Positions 1 to 9,487 of a DNA stretch of 64,000 bases are shown here, in pieces. The position numbers and the translations under genes are program-made. The notes under the pieces were generated by a model, which saw only the letters and a program-made list of their open reading frames with translations, was not told the DNA's origin and searched no databases. The stretch comes from a virus: IMG/VR virus record IMGVR_UViG_3300036766_000416, positions 1 through 64,000 of that record, one strand, 5' to 3'. The stretch's first letter is position 1. Each line of letters begins with the position of its first letter.

Positions 1-16
1 TCCACGCCAAACATCA

Positions 17-232
17 ATGGCAACTCAAGGCCCATTTGAATTGAGGAGTCCGATGCAACACAAAAGCATTTGCTCAGAGTGTAATCGACCATGTACCATT
101 GAGTATGAAGAAAATGATGGTACTATTTTATTTTGTCCTTTTTGTGGATCTGACGATTTCGATGAGGATGGCGACCTCACCTACACCGATGACACTGATT
201 CATGGGATGACGACGAGGAGATACACTTGTGA
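17..232 (+). CDS. Small Zn-ribbon protein with acidic tail
   Basis: CSEC...CPFC motifs, Asp-rich C-terminus, overlaps next start. Confidence 0.6.
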   Translation: MATQGPFELRSPMQHKSICSECNRPCTIEYEENDGTILFCPFCGSDDFDEDGDLTYTDDTDSWDDDEEIHL

Positions 233-648
233 GTGAATGGACCTATCGCGGAGTACCATTTACAGACCCGGGCAAGGCATTAGGTTTTATCTACGAGATT
301 GTCTGTCTGTCGAATGGTAGGAGGTATATTGGTAGGAAACTTTTTACTTCTGCGGCACACAAACAAGTCAAAGGCAAAAAGAAACGTTACCGTAAAGATT
401 CTGGATGGCGAGATTATTGGTCAAGCTCGGACGATGTGAAAGCTGACATTGCTCGATACAGCACCTCGGTGTTTACCAGAGAAATTCTGCATCTCTGTGA
501 CACAAAATCAGAACTTACATACATGGAAAACTATTTCATATTTACCAATCATGCGTTGATTCGTCGAGAATTCTACAACAAATGGCTTGTGGCGCGTGTG
601 AGAAAAGAAAATCTGCTCAAAACAAAATTGGTCACATTATTCTCTTGA
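229..648 (+). CDS. GIY-YIG nuclease (endonuclease II/DenA-like)
   Basis: GFIY-x10-YIG-R, YWSSS and E motif typical of T4-like GIY-YIG nucleases. Confidence 0.75.
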   Translation: MSEWTYRGVPFTDPGKALGFIYEIVCLSNGRRYIGRKLFTSAAHKQVKGKKKRYRKDSGWRDYWSSSDDVKADIARYSTSVFTREILHLCDTKSELTYMENYFIFTNHALIRREFYNKWLVARVRKENLLKTKLVTLFS

Positions 649-696
649 CAAGTGCTCGAAACTGTGCCATCATTGATCATTGATCGAGGTCACTGT

Positions 697-876
697 ATGC
701 TCACGTTCTTAGTGTGGTCAGTCATTCTGTTAATAGCATTCATCACGGTCCCCATGCTCCTTGGGTTCTTCCTGTTGATTATGAGTATCCTATCAGTCAT
801 GTTGTTTGCCGCAGTGATTACAGTGGTCTCGCATGTTGTCCAGTTCCTTGAATGGTCCGCAAGGAAGCTTACATGA
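697..876 (+). CDS. Small membrane protein
   Basis: Long hydrophobic stretch, GAGG SD, downstream of TTGACA promoter near 643. Confidence 0.6.
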   Translation: MLTFLVWSVILLIAFITVPMLLGFFLLIMSILSVMLFAAVITVVSHVVQFLEWSARKLT

Positions 877-1313
877 TGCACCAGCATCCCCACGACCCTA
901 AATATCTTGAGACACCACCAGACATTTACGATGGGTTTGGTTTTTTTAAGGACCCATTGGATGGCCAGGTGAAATTTTATTACTTTGACGACCAGGTGAA
1001 GCTTCATGGGGAACCCCCAAAAGACCCCACAACACCAACAGATCGTGAAGCGTATCATGTGCTACTCCAATCGGTACGCAAAGCCATTGTCTATATGGAC
1101 GCGCCGTTTCTGTCCAATTTTATTGATCCCTTTGTATATGCTGCCGGACTCGCACACGCCGGATTCAGTGGCATCATGTATAAGAAAACTCCATGGTCCG
1201 CAGACGTCGTCGCACAGGCTGTAGCGTATCTCAGAATGCTCCATGCGAAAACCACAGGGTACATGTTTACCGATGAGTCTGGACATGAAACGTTCTATGG
1301 GGCCAATACATGA
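873..1313 (+). CDS. Hypothetical protein
   Basis: ATGA overlap with upstream stop, 146-codon ORF. Confidence 0.6.
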   Translation: MMHQHPHDPKYLETPPDIYDGFGFFKDPLDGQVKFYYFDDQVKLHGEPPKDPTTPTDREAYHVLLQSVRKAIVYMDAPFLSNFIDPFVYAAGLAHAGFSGIMYKKTPWSADVVAQAVAYLRMLHAKTTGYMFTDESGHETFYGANT

Positions 1314-1471
1314 TTCTGTTACTCGGACTGATGATGCTGCTTGTGAGTTGTATGCCCCTCGACACCAAACCCCTAGTGTACCAGTGTACCAAGGTCTGGA
1401 ACAAGCAAGACCAACGCGCAGTCTACGACTGTATAGATGCGAAACATTCAACCCTTGATGGACCACGATAG
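1310..1471 (+). CDS. Small lipoprotein (53 aa, below track cutoff)
   Basis: MILLLGLMMLLVSC lipobox-like signal, ATGA overlap with upstream gene. Confidence 0.55.
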   Translation: MILLLGLMMLLVSCMPLDTKPLVYQCTKVWNKQDQRAVYDCIDAKHSTLDGPR

Positions 1472-1481
1472 GAGCCTTATC

Positions 1482-1811
1482 ATGATCAGTGAGTTTCAAA
1501 TACGACGACAGCGACTCAGGAACCAATTACAAGAAGGTCCTGTGACCGTCACATTCATCAAGAAATCGACAGGTCTCTCACGGACTATGCGATGCACGAC
1601 CAACAAAGGCTTGATACCCACAGAGCATCACCCCAAGCCCCCAGTAGTGGTACATGTGGTACATGAATCCAATTTTGATACAATGGAGGTGCTAGAGTCG
1701 GAAATTATTATTACCGATGAGCACCTCGTCAAGGTCTATGACCTAGAGGCCAAAGGTTGGCGTAGCTTTCGATGGGAGACCATTACGAATGTAGATGCGG
1801 CTGGCTACTAA
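1482..1811 (+). CDS. SH3/WYL-like phage protein (DUF2693-like)
   Basis: VTVTFIKKSTG..RTMRCT and VYDLEAKGWRSFR motifs, AGGAG SD. Confidence 0.7.
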   Translation: MISEFQIRRQRLRNQLQEGPVTVTFIKKSTGLSRTMRCTTNKGLIPTEHHPKPPVVVHVVHESNFDTMEVLESEIIITDEHLVKVYDLEAKGWRSFRWETITNVDAAGY

Positions 1812-1920
1812 AGTAGTATTGACCAGAACCAAAGAATTGTGCTACAATAAGTATTAAGTCAATCTTCCTCAATCACGGGGTCGATCAGTGTGCCATTCAT
1901 TTTCACCAGGGAGTTATACA

Positions 1921-2520
1921 ATGAAATTCTTATCCATGTTCGTAACAGGAGCTTCATTGCTCGCACTGGTTGGCTGCTCCGGTCAATCCTTTGTGGTCAT
2001 TGAGGATGCCCCTCATGGCTTCGCAGCCACCCAAACACTGGGTATGCGTTCAGCCACAGACCTCGGTGCACTCGCCCCGACAACCAAGATGGCCTGGTTG
2101 GAAGTCTGTGATAAAGTTGTGACTAAGACTGGGAAGCAACCTGCCCCCGTTTATGAAACAACCAACTATGTGAATTGTGCCCCGGCCGACCATCTACAGG
2201 CGATTGCGGACAAGTCAACCAGCACGGGTTACATTGCTGGAGTTGCAGCACCAGTTATTCAGGGTGCAGCGATTGCGTATGCAGGACATGAGATTGGTCG
2301 AGGAATCGCTCAATCGGGTTCACGCACAACCAACAACGCGGCCAACGGTAACACTAACACAAACTCGAACGTCAACGGCAACAATGCCAATGGTGGTGCG
2401 GGTGGCAACGGGAACGGTGGCGTCGGCAACGGCGGACAAGGCGGAAACGGTGGTAATGGTGGCGTCGGCAACGGCGGCACTCCTCCAGGATGCAATAACA
2501 ACAACCCCAAGGGTTGCTAA
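1921..2520 (+). CDS. Lipoprotein with Gly/Asn-rich tail
   Basis: LLALVGC lipobox, C-terminal GGNGG repeats. Confidence 0.7.
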   Translation: MKFLSMFVTGASLLALVGCSGQSFVVIEDAPHGFAATQTLGMRSATDLGALAPTTKMAWLEVCDKVVTKTGKQPAPVYETTNYVNCAPADHLQAIADKSTSTGYIAGVAAPVIQGAAIAYAGHEIGRGIAQSGSRTTNNAANGNTNTNSNVNGNNANGGAGGNGNGGVGNGGQGGNGGNGGVGNGGTPPGCNNNNPKGC

Positions 2521-2636
2521 TTCCTGAAGCCCAAATAATACACTCTGGGCTTGACAACAGGCTCAGAGTGTGCTATCATCAGAGCACATTATGAACACAG
2601 ACCAATAGACCGTATGGATTCTGAGAGGAAGGTCTC

Positions 2637-2942
2637 ATGATACGATTGTTACCAGGATTGCTGATACTGACCGTGCTGCTGCTGGTCACCCATGCACACG
2701 CAGCCGGACTCAAGGAACCCGTCTATCCACCCTATTGCTGGGTACAACCAACCGGACAAGACCTCTGGTACACCTGTGATTCAGAAGAGGCCAAAGATAA
2801 AGCCTGCCTCAATCTTATGGAATCAGCCATGAAGGCCAGAGAACAAGAGCCGATCACAGAACAGACACAAAAACTGTGGGATCGTGCCAAGAACTTCTGT
2901 TGGTCAGACCTCAAAGATAAACAACCACAACATTACCACTAA
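2637..2942 (+). CDS. Secreted small Cys-containing protein
   Basis: Signal peptide ending HAHA-A, four Cys. Confidence 0.65.
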   Translation: MIRLLPGLLILTVLLLVTHAHAAGLKEPVYPPYCWVQPTGQDLWYTCDSEEAKDKACLNLMESAMKAREQEPITEQTQKLWDRAKNFCWSDLKDKQPQHYH

Positions 2943-2953
2943 GAGAAATAACC

Positions 2954-3127
2954 ATGAGCACCAAAGTTAAAGAGACTGTCAGACTCAAGCGCGAGCAAGC
3001 CGAGGATCGACAAAAACACCGAGCCACCCTGACACCACAACAGCAGCTAGATAGACTCACCACACGACCAGGGGAGAGTCTCAAGGAACGTGCTAGACTC
3101 AACAAACTAATAACATCCCATGAATGA
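2954..3127 (+). CDS. Small hypothetical protein (57 aa)
   Basis: Own translation: MSTKVKETVRLKREQAEDRQ...LTPQQQLDRL; fills gap between genes. Confidence 0.55.
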   Translation: MSTKVKETVRLKREQAEDRQKHRATLTPQQQLDRLTTRPGESLKERARLNKLITSHE

Positions 3128-3284
3128 CCAATATCGAATCGTGTGCCGCAACCAGGAAGATGAAGAAATCTTTACGATTCAAGACTATGAGACCGAACAC
3201 GAAGCCCAGACTATGGCCCAGGTCCTGAATGCCGTCAGTGCTTCGTGGAATAGATGGACGGTGGAACCCTTGGTGTTCAACTAA
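3120..3284 (+). CDS. Small hypothetical protein (54 aa)
   Basis: Own translation: MNDQYRIVCRNQEDEEIF...; overlaps upstream stop. Confidence 0.5.
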   Translation: MNDQYRIVCRNQEDEEIFTIQDYETEHEAQTMAQVLNAVSASWNRWTVEPLVFN

Positions 3285-3377
3285 ATACGTATAGTTACCG
3301 ATAAAGTAGATTTTGTATCCATTGGATACACGTTACCGTGATGCCCTACCAGTACCCTAGAATCCAGGAGTCCCCTG

Positions 3378-3668
3378 ATGTACCCTGAAGATGAGTACCT
3401 AGATCCAATCAACCCTGATAGACCCCTGCTAGACCCTAAAAGCTCTGAGGCACTCATGAGGATGCTTATAGGGGCCCTACTTTTTAGGTTGGGTGGGGAG
3501 GAATCGTTCACTGAGTCGGCACTCCAGGAGATCATGCTGGCCGTCGGTGGCGTGCAGATACTTTATGTGGCCTCTAAGGACCCCGGTAACCCTCAGGGTC
3601 GCTATGTGCTCCGAGTCAGAGACCCACAAAGGGCCGCTGAGATTGTCAAAAGGGGCATCACACTGTGA
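3378..3668 (+). CDS. Hypothetical protein
   Basis: AGGAG SD, coupled to next gene. Confidence 0.6.
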   Translation: MYPEDEYLDPINPDRPLLDPKSSEALMRMLIGALLFRLGGEESFTESALQEIMLAVGGVQILYVASKDPGNPQGRYVLRVRDPQRAAEIVKRGITL

Positions 3669-3889
3669 CCCCGGTCACTCAGGACTGTAGCACCGGTGAC
3701 CACCCAGACTCGCTGATTTACTTTGATAAGGTCTATGGTGCTCAGTGCTCCTGGGAAATCTGCCAGGTTTGCGGTGAGAAGCATCACCTGGTTGAACTGA
3801 AACCGGTTGATGAGGACCGTGACACGACCTGTGGGTACTACGACGACCGCGACGGCTATCATTACTATGCGAGTGGAGATGACCAATGA
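3665..3889 (+). CDS. Hypothetical Cys-containing protein
   Basis: GTGA overlap, CQVC motif. Confidence 0.5.
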   Translation: MTPVTQDCSTGDHPDSLIYFDKVYGAQCSWEICQVCGEKHHLVELKPVDEDRDTTCGYYDDRDGYHYYASGDDQ

Positions 3890-3907
3890 CGAGTCGTGGA
3901 GGTACCT

Positions 3908-4150
3908 ATGACAACTTGTGATATCAAACGGCCCTCCAAGCCTACAATGAAACATAGCGCACCGGCACTGTCGGTCTGGGTATCACAGTTCAACTGGCTG
4001 AACTTTATAGGGCTCGCTATGTTCCTGGCACCTATACTCTTCGGCTATGGAGCGGTGCACTACTGGCTCTTACAGCACGACACGCAGTTATACTATGGCT
4101 CGCTGTACGCGCAATTGGGTTTACTCTTGATGGCCTTTAGGCAGCTATGA
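3908..4150 (+). CDS. Small membrane protein
   Basis: GGAGG SD, two hydrophobic segments. Confidence 0.55.
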   Translation: MTTCDIKRPSKPTMKHSAPALSVWVSQFNWLNFIGLAMFLAPILFGYGAVHYWLLQHDTQLYYGSLYAQLGLLLMAFRQL

Positions 4151-4632
4151 GTTTCCTTGATGAATCATTGGCGATCGCCAAATTGGCGAGGTCTCTGGAG
4201 GCGATCAAGAGAGGCCTTGAAACTCCCCTAGAGAAATCTTTGAGAGCCGAGGTCTCAAAGCTCACTGAGAGACTAGAGGCACTGACCAAGGCCTATGACA
4301 CCGCGCGCCGAGATGCTGTTGGACTCCATGAGCAGATCCGTCATCGCCATCATTCCAACAAATTGCATCATGACGACGTCATGATACCACCGATGAATGC
4401 TACGGTCTCGATTGAACAGACACCTTTTGATAATCAACGACAGTACGTAGCCCGGGTCATGGTAAATACCGAAGCGTTACGCGGCGTGCCTGAACGAGCG
4501 GTTGTTGACTGTCTCGCCGAGCAACTCGTGCACGAATTCACAAGGGCTTGGCAAGAGGACCCGAAACAGGGGCCAGAACGAACAACGCGGGCTTCTGGGG
4601 GCACTTCAACCCTAACCGGGGTCACACTATAG
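4147..4632 (+). CDS. Coiled-coil hypothetical protein
   Basis: ATGA overlap, heptad-rich N-terminus. Confidence 0.55.
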   Translation: MSFLDESLAIAKLARSLEAIKRGLETPLEKSLRAEVSKLTERLEALTKAYDTARRDAVGLHEQIRHRHHSNKLHHDDVMIPPMNATVSIEQTPFDNQRQYVARVMVNTEALRGVPERAVVDCLAEQLVHEFTRAWQEDPKQGPERTTRASGGTSTLTGVTL

Positions 4633-4855
4633 GCCCTTTGTGTGGATGTCCGGCAACCACCCATAAACACAGGGAATTTTCATTAGCAACTTTTCTTTTC
4701 GAGCACCTTCGCAACCCGGCCCTCATCCTGCCCCCATTTCTCTAGCTCAGTACCCTTCGAATCATTGGGGTTTTGAGTTATATCTACCGATATAACAAAC
4801 TTTTTAATGAACTTGCCATACCGGTATGTGGACCTACTTGGTCAACAATCATTTT

Positions 4856-4954
4856 GAACACTGTCTCATAAATCACACACATTTTTAATATGCCAGGATA
4901 CTCTCAGCCACTTGACAAAGGGCCCTGGTTATGACATAATTAGATCATGGATAG
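4856..4954 (+). promoter_or_regulatory. Repeated early promoter cassette, copy 1
   Basis: GAACA(C/G)TGT...AAATCACACA...TTTAAT upstream block, TTGACA 4912, CATAAT 4935, TAGATCATGGATAG. Confidence 0.8.
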
Positions 4955-5038
4955 CAGCCAAAACAAAGAGGAACCCATGAAAACCATCTATCAATACAAC
5001 ATCGACCGCGGGATTGAACACCTGCCGGAGCCCAAGTC

Positions 5039-5296
5039 ATGACCGCGCTCAAGTGGACCACAGAGACACCAACGAAACCTGGATGGTACTGGGAGTATCA
5101 CTTTGGGTACGCGAGAGTCATTGAGGTTTACACCTGGACCTATATGCCGACGTATGATGACCCAACGTATCGTATGGGCTGGGCCAACGAACGCCTGTGG
5201 GTGACAAGGCCTCACACAAGAGAGCACCCCATTCCTGTAGGACAAGCCTTTGCGAAAGATACTCAATGGGCTGGACCTCTGGAGGCACCGTCATGA
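5039..5296 (+). CDS. Trp-rich hypothetical protein
   Basis: WTTETPTKPGWYW motif, ATGA overlap. Confidence 0.6.
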   Translation: MTALKWTTETPTKPGWYWEYHFGYARVIEVYTWTYMPTYDDPTYRMGWANERLWVTRPHTREHPIPVGQAFAKDTQWAGPLEAPS

Positions 5297-5536
5297 TGAA
5301 CTTTTTGAAACTTGAATGGACCTTGAACATGCTCTGGCTAGAGCTTTGGTGGCTCAACAGAACCTATAGTAAACGCTAACGCCCGGGGTTCGATATTCGC
5401 TGGTGCCTCTCTTCACCAGCGGCCTTCCTGTGGAAGTCCTGAGAACCCCAGTGGTGCCTTTCAGAAACACTCAATACCTACCCACATACTTCACTTTTCC
5501 CTTGACAATCCCCCTCGAAAGTGTTATGCTAGAGTT

Positions 5537-5797
5537 ATGCCTATATCTCATAGGTATTATATCAATGGAGGTTTCTCGATGACCTATATGACCGAACTCA
5601 GAGGATTAGTCGCCCGGGCATATGCCGTAGGGCTTCCTGTGAGTCTCTACATGAACCCTCAGGGTAGTCCTGATCAAGCCTATATTCCTGGAAAGGGTTT
5701 CTTGGACGCCTGGAGTACCACAGTGTACCTGAGACAATTTCTTCACACCAACAACGATTTCAAGCTTGAAATCCCCAACGAAAGTGATCCGTCATGA
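5537..5797 (+). CDS. Hypothetical protein (alternative start 5579)
   Basis: Downstream of TTGACA 5502/TATGCT 5525; internal ATG has GGAGG SD. Confidence 0.55.
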   Translation: MPISHRYYINGGFSMTYMTELRGLVARAYAVGLPVSLYMNPQGSPDQAYIPGKGFLDAWSTTVYLRQFLHTNNDFKLEIPNESDPS

Positions 5798-6264
5798 ATA
5801 ACCGCGACCGCATGAAAATCCTGAGTAGCCGGGCTCTCAAGTGTGCGATCAACCTAGGCCATAGTGTTCTGATGCTCGTGGTCCTCTGGGTGCTGATGGA
5901 CTTGCTGCAATCGTCTGTCAGAGACCCCGCTAAAGTGTTCTTGACCGCCAACAAAGCCCAACGGTCTCAAGTGGCTTCTGTGACCACTGCAATGAACAGT
6001 GAGATACCTGAGGTCCAGATGCATGGGTATGGCTATCACGCCAAGCAAGTTCGATTAAACCTTGATCCACCTACAGTGCCTAAGGTCGCCATGGTTCCTG
6101 TCAAGCACCTGACATGCCCTGTGCCTTCGAAGGTCGTCCTGGCGAAAGCGATTCCCAAGCCAGAGAAAGTCACCAAGATACCTGAGGTCATAGTGAAGCG
6201 TGTGGTGCCTCAGTGGCATGATGCCAGAGGTGTTCAGGCTGTCTATGCTCGTGCAGACCTATGA
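5794..6264 (+). CDS. Membrane-anchored hypothetical protein
   Basis: N-terminal hydrophobic helix, ATGA overlap. Confidence 0.55.
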   Translation: MNNRDRMKILSSRALKCAINLGHSVLMLVVLWVLMDLLQSSVRDPAKVFLTANKAQRSQVASVTTAMNSEIPEVQMHGYGYHAKQVRLNLDPPTVPKVAMVPVKHLTCPVPSKVVLAKAIPKPEKVTKIPEVIVKRVVPQWHDARGVQAVYARADL

Positions 6265-6346
6265 CCCTTGATGAAGTGTTGCTGGACTCTCACCGGAGGG
6301 TCCGGCCGCACTACTCACAGATACCCTGGGGTTGGTGTTCAAAAAT

Positions 6347-6444
6347 GAACAGTGTGTCCCAAATCACACACAAATTTAATGTGGCCAGACTCCTAGAGCC
6401 CTTGACACCGGCCCTAGAGTGTGACATAATTAGATCATGGATAG
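6347..6444 (+). promoter_or_regulatory. Repeated early promoter cassette, copy 2
   Basis: Same upstream block, TTGACA 6402, CATAAT 6425, TAGATCATGGATAG. Confidence 0.8.
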
Positions 6445-6709
6445 TAGAGAAAAACAGGAGATCCCAATGGAAACCGTGAAAGACCTGACCCCCACCGAAC
6501 AGACTGCTAAGTTGCTTACTCAGTTGCTTGTAGTGACCCCTGACGCGCAACGCGCCGTTACGACCTTAGAAAGTGTCGAATCGTTTTTGAAACGAGGAGG
6601 GGTTGCGACCGTAGCGAAGCCCCGTAACGCCTTTCAAGCTCAGAAACCCCAAACCATCAAGAAAGCCAAGCGCGTTCGTTCCTTCGCGTTCGTCTATGGA
6701 AACCGCTGA
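6437..6709 (+). CDS. Hypothetical protein (alternative start 6467)
   Basis: First gene after promoter copy 2; internal ATG has AGGAG SD. Confidence 0.55.
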   Translation: MDSREKQEIPMETVKDLTPTEQTAKLLTQLLVVTPDAQRAVTTLESVESFLKRGGVATVAKPRNAFQAQKPQTIKKAKRVRSFAFVYGNR

Positions 6710-6787
6710 CATGACACAGAAAGTACACATTCTCAACCTGCATAAGCGAATTGACCAACTCATTGAGGACCTCAGAGGTGAGGTGAG

Positions 6788-7084
6788 GTGAGTGTGCGCC
6801 ATGCAGTCAATACAGAGAACGAGGTTCTCTATGCCAAGATTGATCGCCTTCAAGATACCGTGATCAAGCTCAGACAAGACAATAAGACCATGCGAACCAG
6901 AACACCTTTATTGGATGTAACCATGATCTATAGAACCTTTGTGATGGCCGGCCGTATAATGTCCTTGGTGGTAGACCCAGACCATAACCAAGTCTCTGTG
7001 ATCGTTGGGCGACCTGCGACAAGCCAGGAAATCAATACCATTGAGTACCAACCATGCTACATACCCACTGGGGTGTTGGTATGA
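6788..7084 (+). CDS. Hypothetical protein
   Basis: GAGGT SD with GTG start, coupled to next ORF. Confidence 0.5.
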   Translation: MSVRHAVNTENEVLYAKIDRLQDTVIKLRQDNKTMRTRTPLLDVTMIYRTFVMAGRIMSLVVDPDHNQVSVIVGRPATSQEINTIEYQPCYIPTGVLV

Positions 7085-7245
7085 GCGAACCGATTGTCCT
7101 CTTCTACAAGATTCGGGGTGCCAGGGCCCAGCGACGTGTGGTATCTGCTGAGACCTTCCAGTCAACCTATACGAACCTAAAGGGACTGGGTGCCACGATT
7201 CTCATTGACGTCTCCGTGACCCCTATCAAGGAACAAGCGGCATGA
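7081..7245 (+). CDS. Small hypothetical protein
   Basis: ATGA overlap. Confidence 0.45.
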   Translation: MSEPIVLFYKIRGARAQRRVVSAETFQSTYTNLKGLGATILIDVSVTPIKEQAA

Positions 7246-7468
7246 CTATACTCTATGTGCTCGAAATGATCGAAGACCCTGCCACACAACGGTCGCCGGT
7301 CGACGAAGCGGAACTTGTACTTATAAAATTTTGAAAGGATTATGATGACCGAACAGACACCGGCGCGAAGTGCCTTTGACATTCCAGGCTTTGCAGAGTT
7401 TATTGCGGCTCTGGCACAGAAACTCGATGACAGCAAGAACAGTGAACAACCAACAGTAAAGGAACCCA

Positions 7469-7795
7469 ATGAGGACGCTTAAGCATACACCCAAGCACCT
7501 GAGACAGTATGAGTACAAACCGAGACCTGAGGCACCGGTGGTCCTTGCAGACCCACGGTTAATTCTCAGTGCCCTCTATGGTGATACCTATGTCGGACCC
7601 CATGGCCATGTGACACACAAGGAGGCCTTTGAGGCCCGGCGGGCCAAGCGAACCTTGGCGGGCAAACCAGAACCTGCGAGACGGAGCATGAAAAGGCAGG
7701 CGTGGCCGGTCTATGAGTCAGAGTCCACGATCACCACGAGGCTCGCTGCTCAAGAATCCTCGATTGATACCATCGAGTCATTGGAGACCGAGTAA
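7469..7795 (+). CDS. Hypothetical protein
   Basis: AAGGA SD, TAATG coupling with next gene. Confidence 0.5.
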   Translation: MRTLKHTPKHLRQYEYKPRPEAPVVLADPRLILSALYGDTYVGPHGHVTHKEAFEARRAKRTLAGKPEPARRSMKRQAWPVYESESTITTRLAAQESSIDTIESLETE

Positions 7796-8070
7796 TGAGG
7801 CGCCCAAAGTATTACAAGACGGGCATGAAGTTTACCGGTCGTGGTGTCGATGGTGAATTTCTGTTGGCTCAAGTGGACAGCGGTGCCATGAACCTCATTA
7901 GCCTGAAGAATGGTAATCGGTGGAACAATGTTCCCCTGAAAGCAGCCAATAGCCAGAAGATTTCTTCCAAATTGTTTCACGCGCACTTTGCTCCCCTGAC
8001 ACCCAATACCCCCAAGGATCGTTGGTCCTGGAAGTTGGTTGACAAACAGGCTGATAGTGTGCTATACTAG
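7795..8070 (+). CDS. Hypothetical protein
   Basis: TAATG coupling; LISLKNGNRW motif resembles 11561 ORF. Confidence 0.55.
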   Translation: MRRPKYYKTGMKFTGRGVDGEFLLAQVDSGAMNLISLKNGNRWNNVPLKAANSQKISSKLFHAHFAPLTPNTPKDRWSWKLVDKQADSVLY

Positions 8071-8075
8071 AACCC

Positions 8076-8360
8076 ATGATCACTACAAGTGATTCGCGCA
8101 ATCGCCTCAGGGTATCGTCACACAATCTCACGGATGGAATGGGGACCAGGATGGGACTGATACTGACACCAGGATCAAAGAAACAATTCCTGTCCAAACT
8201 TGTCGAATTGACTGAGTATGTCAATGAGGACATGGATCGTGAAACGATTATGTATTGGACCGCACACCTCATGCCCATTGTGGTGAATCAGTTTGCCTTC
8301 TATGACCCAGAGAAGCATGGGGTTCTGAGGCCAGCCAAGAAGAAACGTATCCGTTTGTAG
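8076..8360 (+). CDS. Hypothetical protein
   Basis: In-series ORF in early operon. Confidence 0.5.
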   Translation: MITTSDSRNRLRVSSHNLTDGMGTRMGLILTPGSKKQFLSKLVELTEYVNEDMDRETIMYWTAHLMPIVVNQFAFYDPEKHGVLRPAKKKRIRL

Positions 8361-8471
8361 CCATTTATTCGGGGTTATACTCGCTATGAGGTATAATGTC
8401 TTATAAACCATTGATATCCTGAATGGTTAACGTAGCAACGGTGGATACTGCGTATAACTCAAAGGTACTGG

Positions 8472-8500
8472 TTGACAATACCTGTGAAATGTGACATAAT
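8472..8500 (+). promoter_or_regulatory. Sigma70-type early promoter
   Basis: TTGACA-17nt-CATAAT, spacer similar to the 28510 copy. Confidence 0.75.
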
Positions 8501-8507
8501 GAGAGGC

Positions 8508-8708
8508 ATGAGAGTCAGACTGACAGGCAAGACGCGCAAAGGCAAAACCCGTATCGGCACCCATGGTGCGCTGTGGAACGTGGACCTCCGCGCTGCTGAA
8601 GCCTTGAGTCCGAGACCTACCAAGATTCTGATTCGCTCGTTGAATGGCACCGCGTGTCGCTGGGTGCATCCCACCAACGATCCCGATTTCACCGTAGAAG
8701 AAGCATGA
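8508..8708 (+). CDS. Small hypothetical phage protein
   Basis: First gene after promoter, RWVHPTNDPDF motif. Confidence 0.55.
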   Translation: MRVRLTGKTRKGKTRIGTHGALWNVDLRAAEALSPRPTKILIRSLNGTACRWVHPTNDPDFTVEEA

Positions 8709-8790
8709 CACTCCATCAACGTGCACAGTTTATGGCGGTCTCACTGATTATGTGGGGCTTCATTATTTACAGCATTATGAGGATACTCGC

Positions 8791-8967
8791 ATGACCCAAT
8801 ATCAAGTCTCCAAAACCATTACCTACACCCTCGTCGTGAACGCCCAGACACCTGCGGACGCCGCGATCATTGCGGATAGCCATGAGTTGTCCGACTGGGA
8901 AAAGTATGAGTTTAATGTGGATGTGGAATCACTCGGTCCAGAGAACGAGGAAATCGATGAGTATTAA
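8791..8967 (+). CDS. Small acidic hypothetical protein
   Basis: GAGG SD. Confidence 0.5.
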   Translation: MTQYQVSKTITYTLVVNAQTPADAAIIADSHELSDWEKYEFNVDVESLGPENEEIDEY

Positions 8968-9151
8968 AGGTGGGATACCCGCGCCGGAGTTGCCGTGGGA
9001 AATGAAAGTGTTTGTGTGGGGCTTGTCGGTGATCCTGACAGTGGCCGCACTGGTGTCGATGATGTGGATGATTGACCTTGCGTGTCAGGTCGGCACAGAC
9101 AGACTAGATGAGATTGCAAATTGTTGGTTCAACCTGAAGTGGGGTCGCTAG
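8957..9151 (+). CDS. Small membrane protein
   Basis: GAGG SD, hydrophobic helix. Confidence 0.5.
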   Translation: MSIKGGIPAPELPWEMKVFVWGLSVILTVAALVSMMWMIDLACQVGTDRLDEIANCWFNLKWGR

Positions 9152-9298
9152 TATGCGGTCGCGTAAATTGAATATTACCTTGAACTGGGTGCTGCTATTG
9201 GTGCCCCTGGGGTTTATCTGGTTCCTGTTGGCTCATCAGTACCCTCAGATGCGCCTGGACCTCCATGACTATCTCACGTTATTCCGTTGGGGGCACCT

Positions 9299-9487
9299 AT
9301 GAGTGAGCTAATGTGGTGGGGGTATCTCCATGCGAATGGCTCTGTGCAGTTGAAACGATGGTTTGGTGACCACAAAGATTACACGGACGACTGTGATGGT
9401 AATGATTGTGTAGTGCAGGTCGTTCGACCATTCGCCGCTGCGACCCGAGAGGATGCCATCGATGTCCTGAAAGCAAGGTTGCGATGA
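9299..9487 (+). CDS. Hypothetical protein
   Basis: WWGYLHANGSVQLKRWFGD, coupled to next gene. Confidence 0.55.
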   Translation: MSELMWWGYLHANGSVQLKRWFGDHKDYTDDCDGNDCVVQVVRPFAAATREDAIDVLKARLR

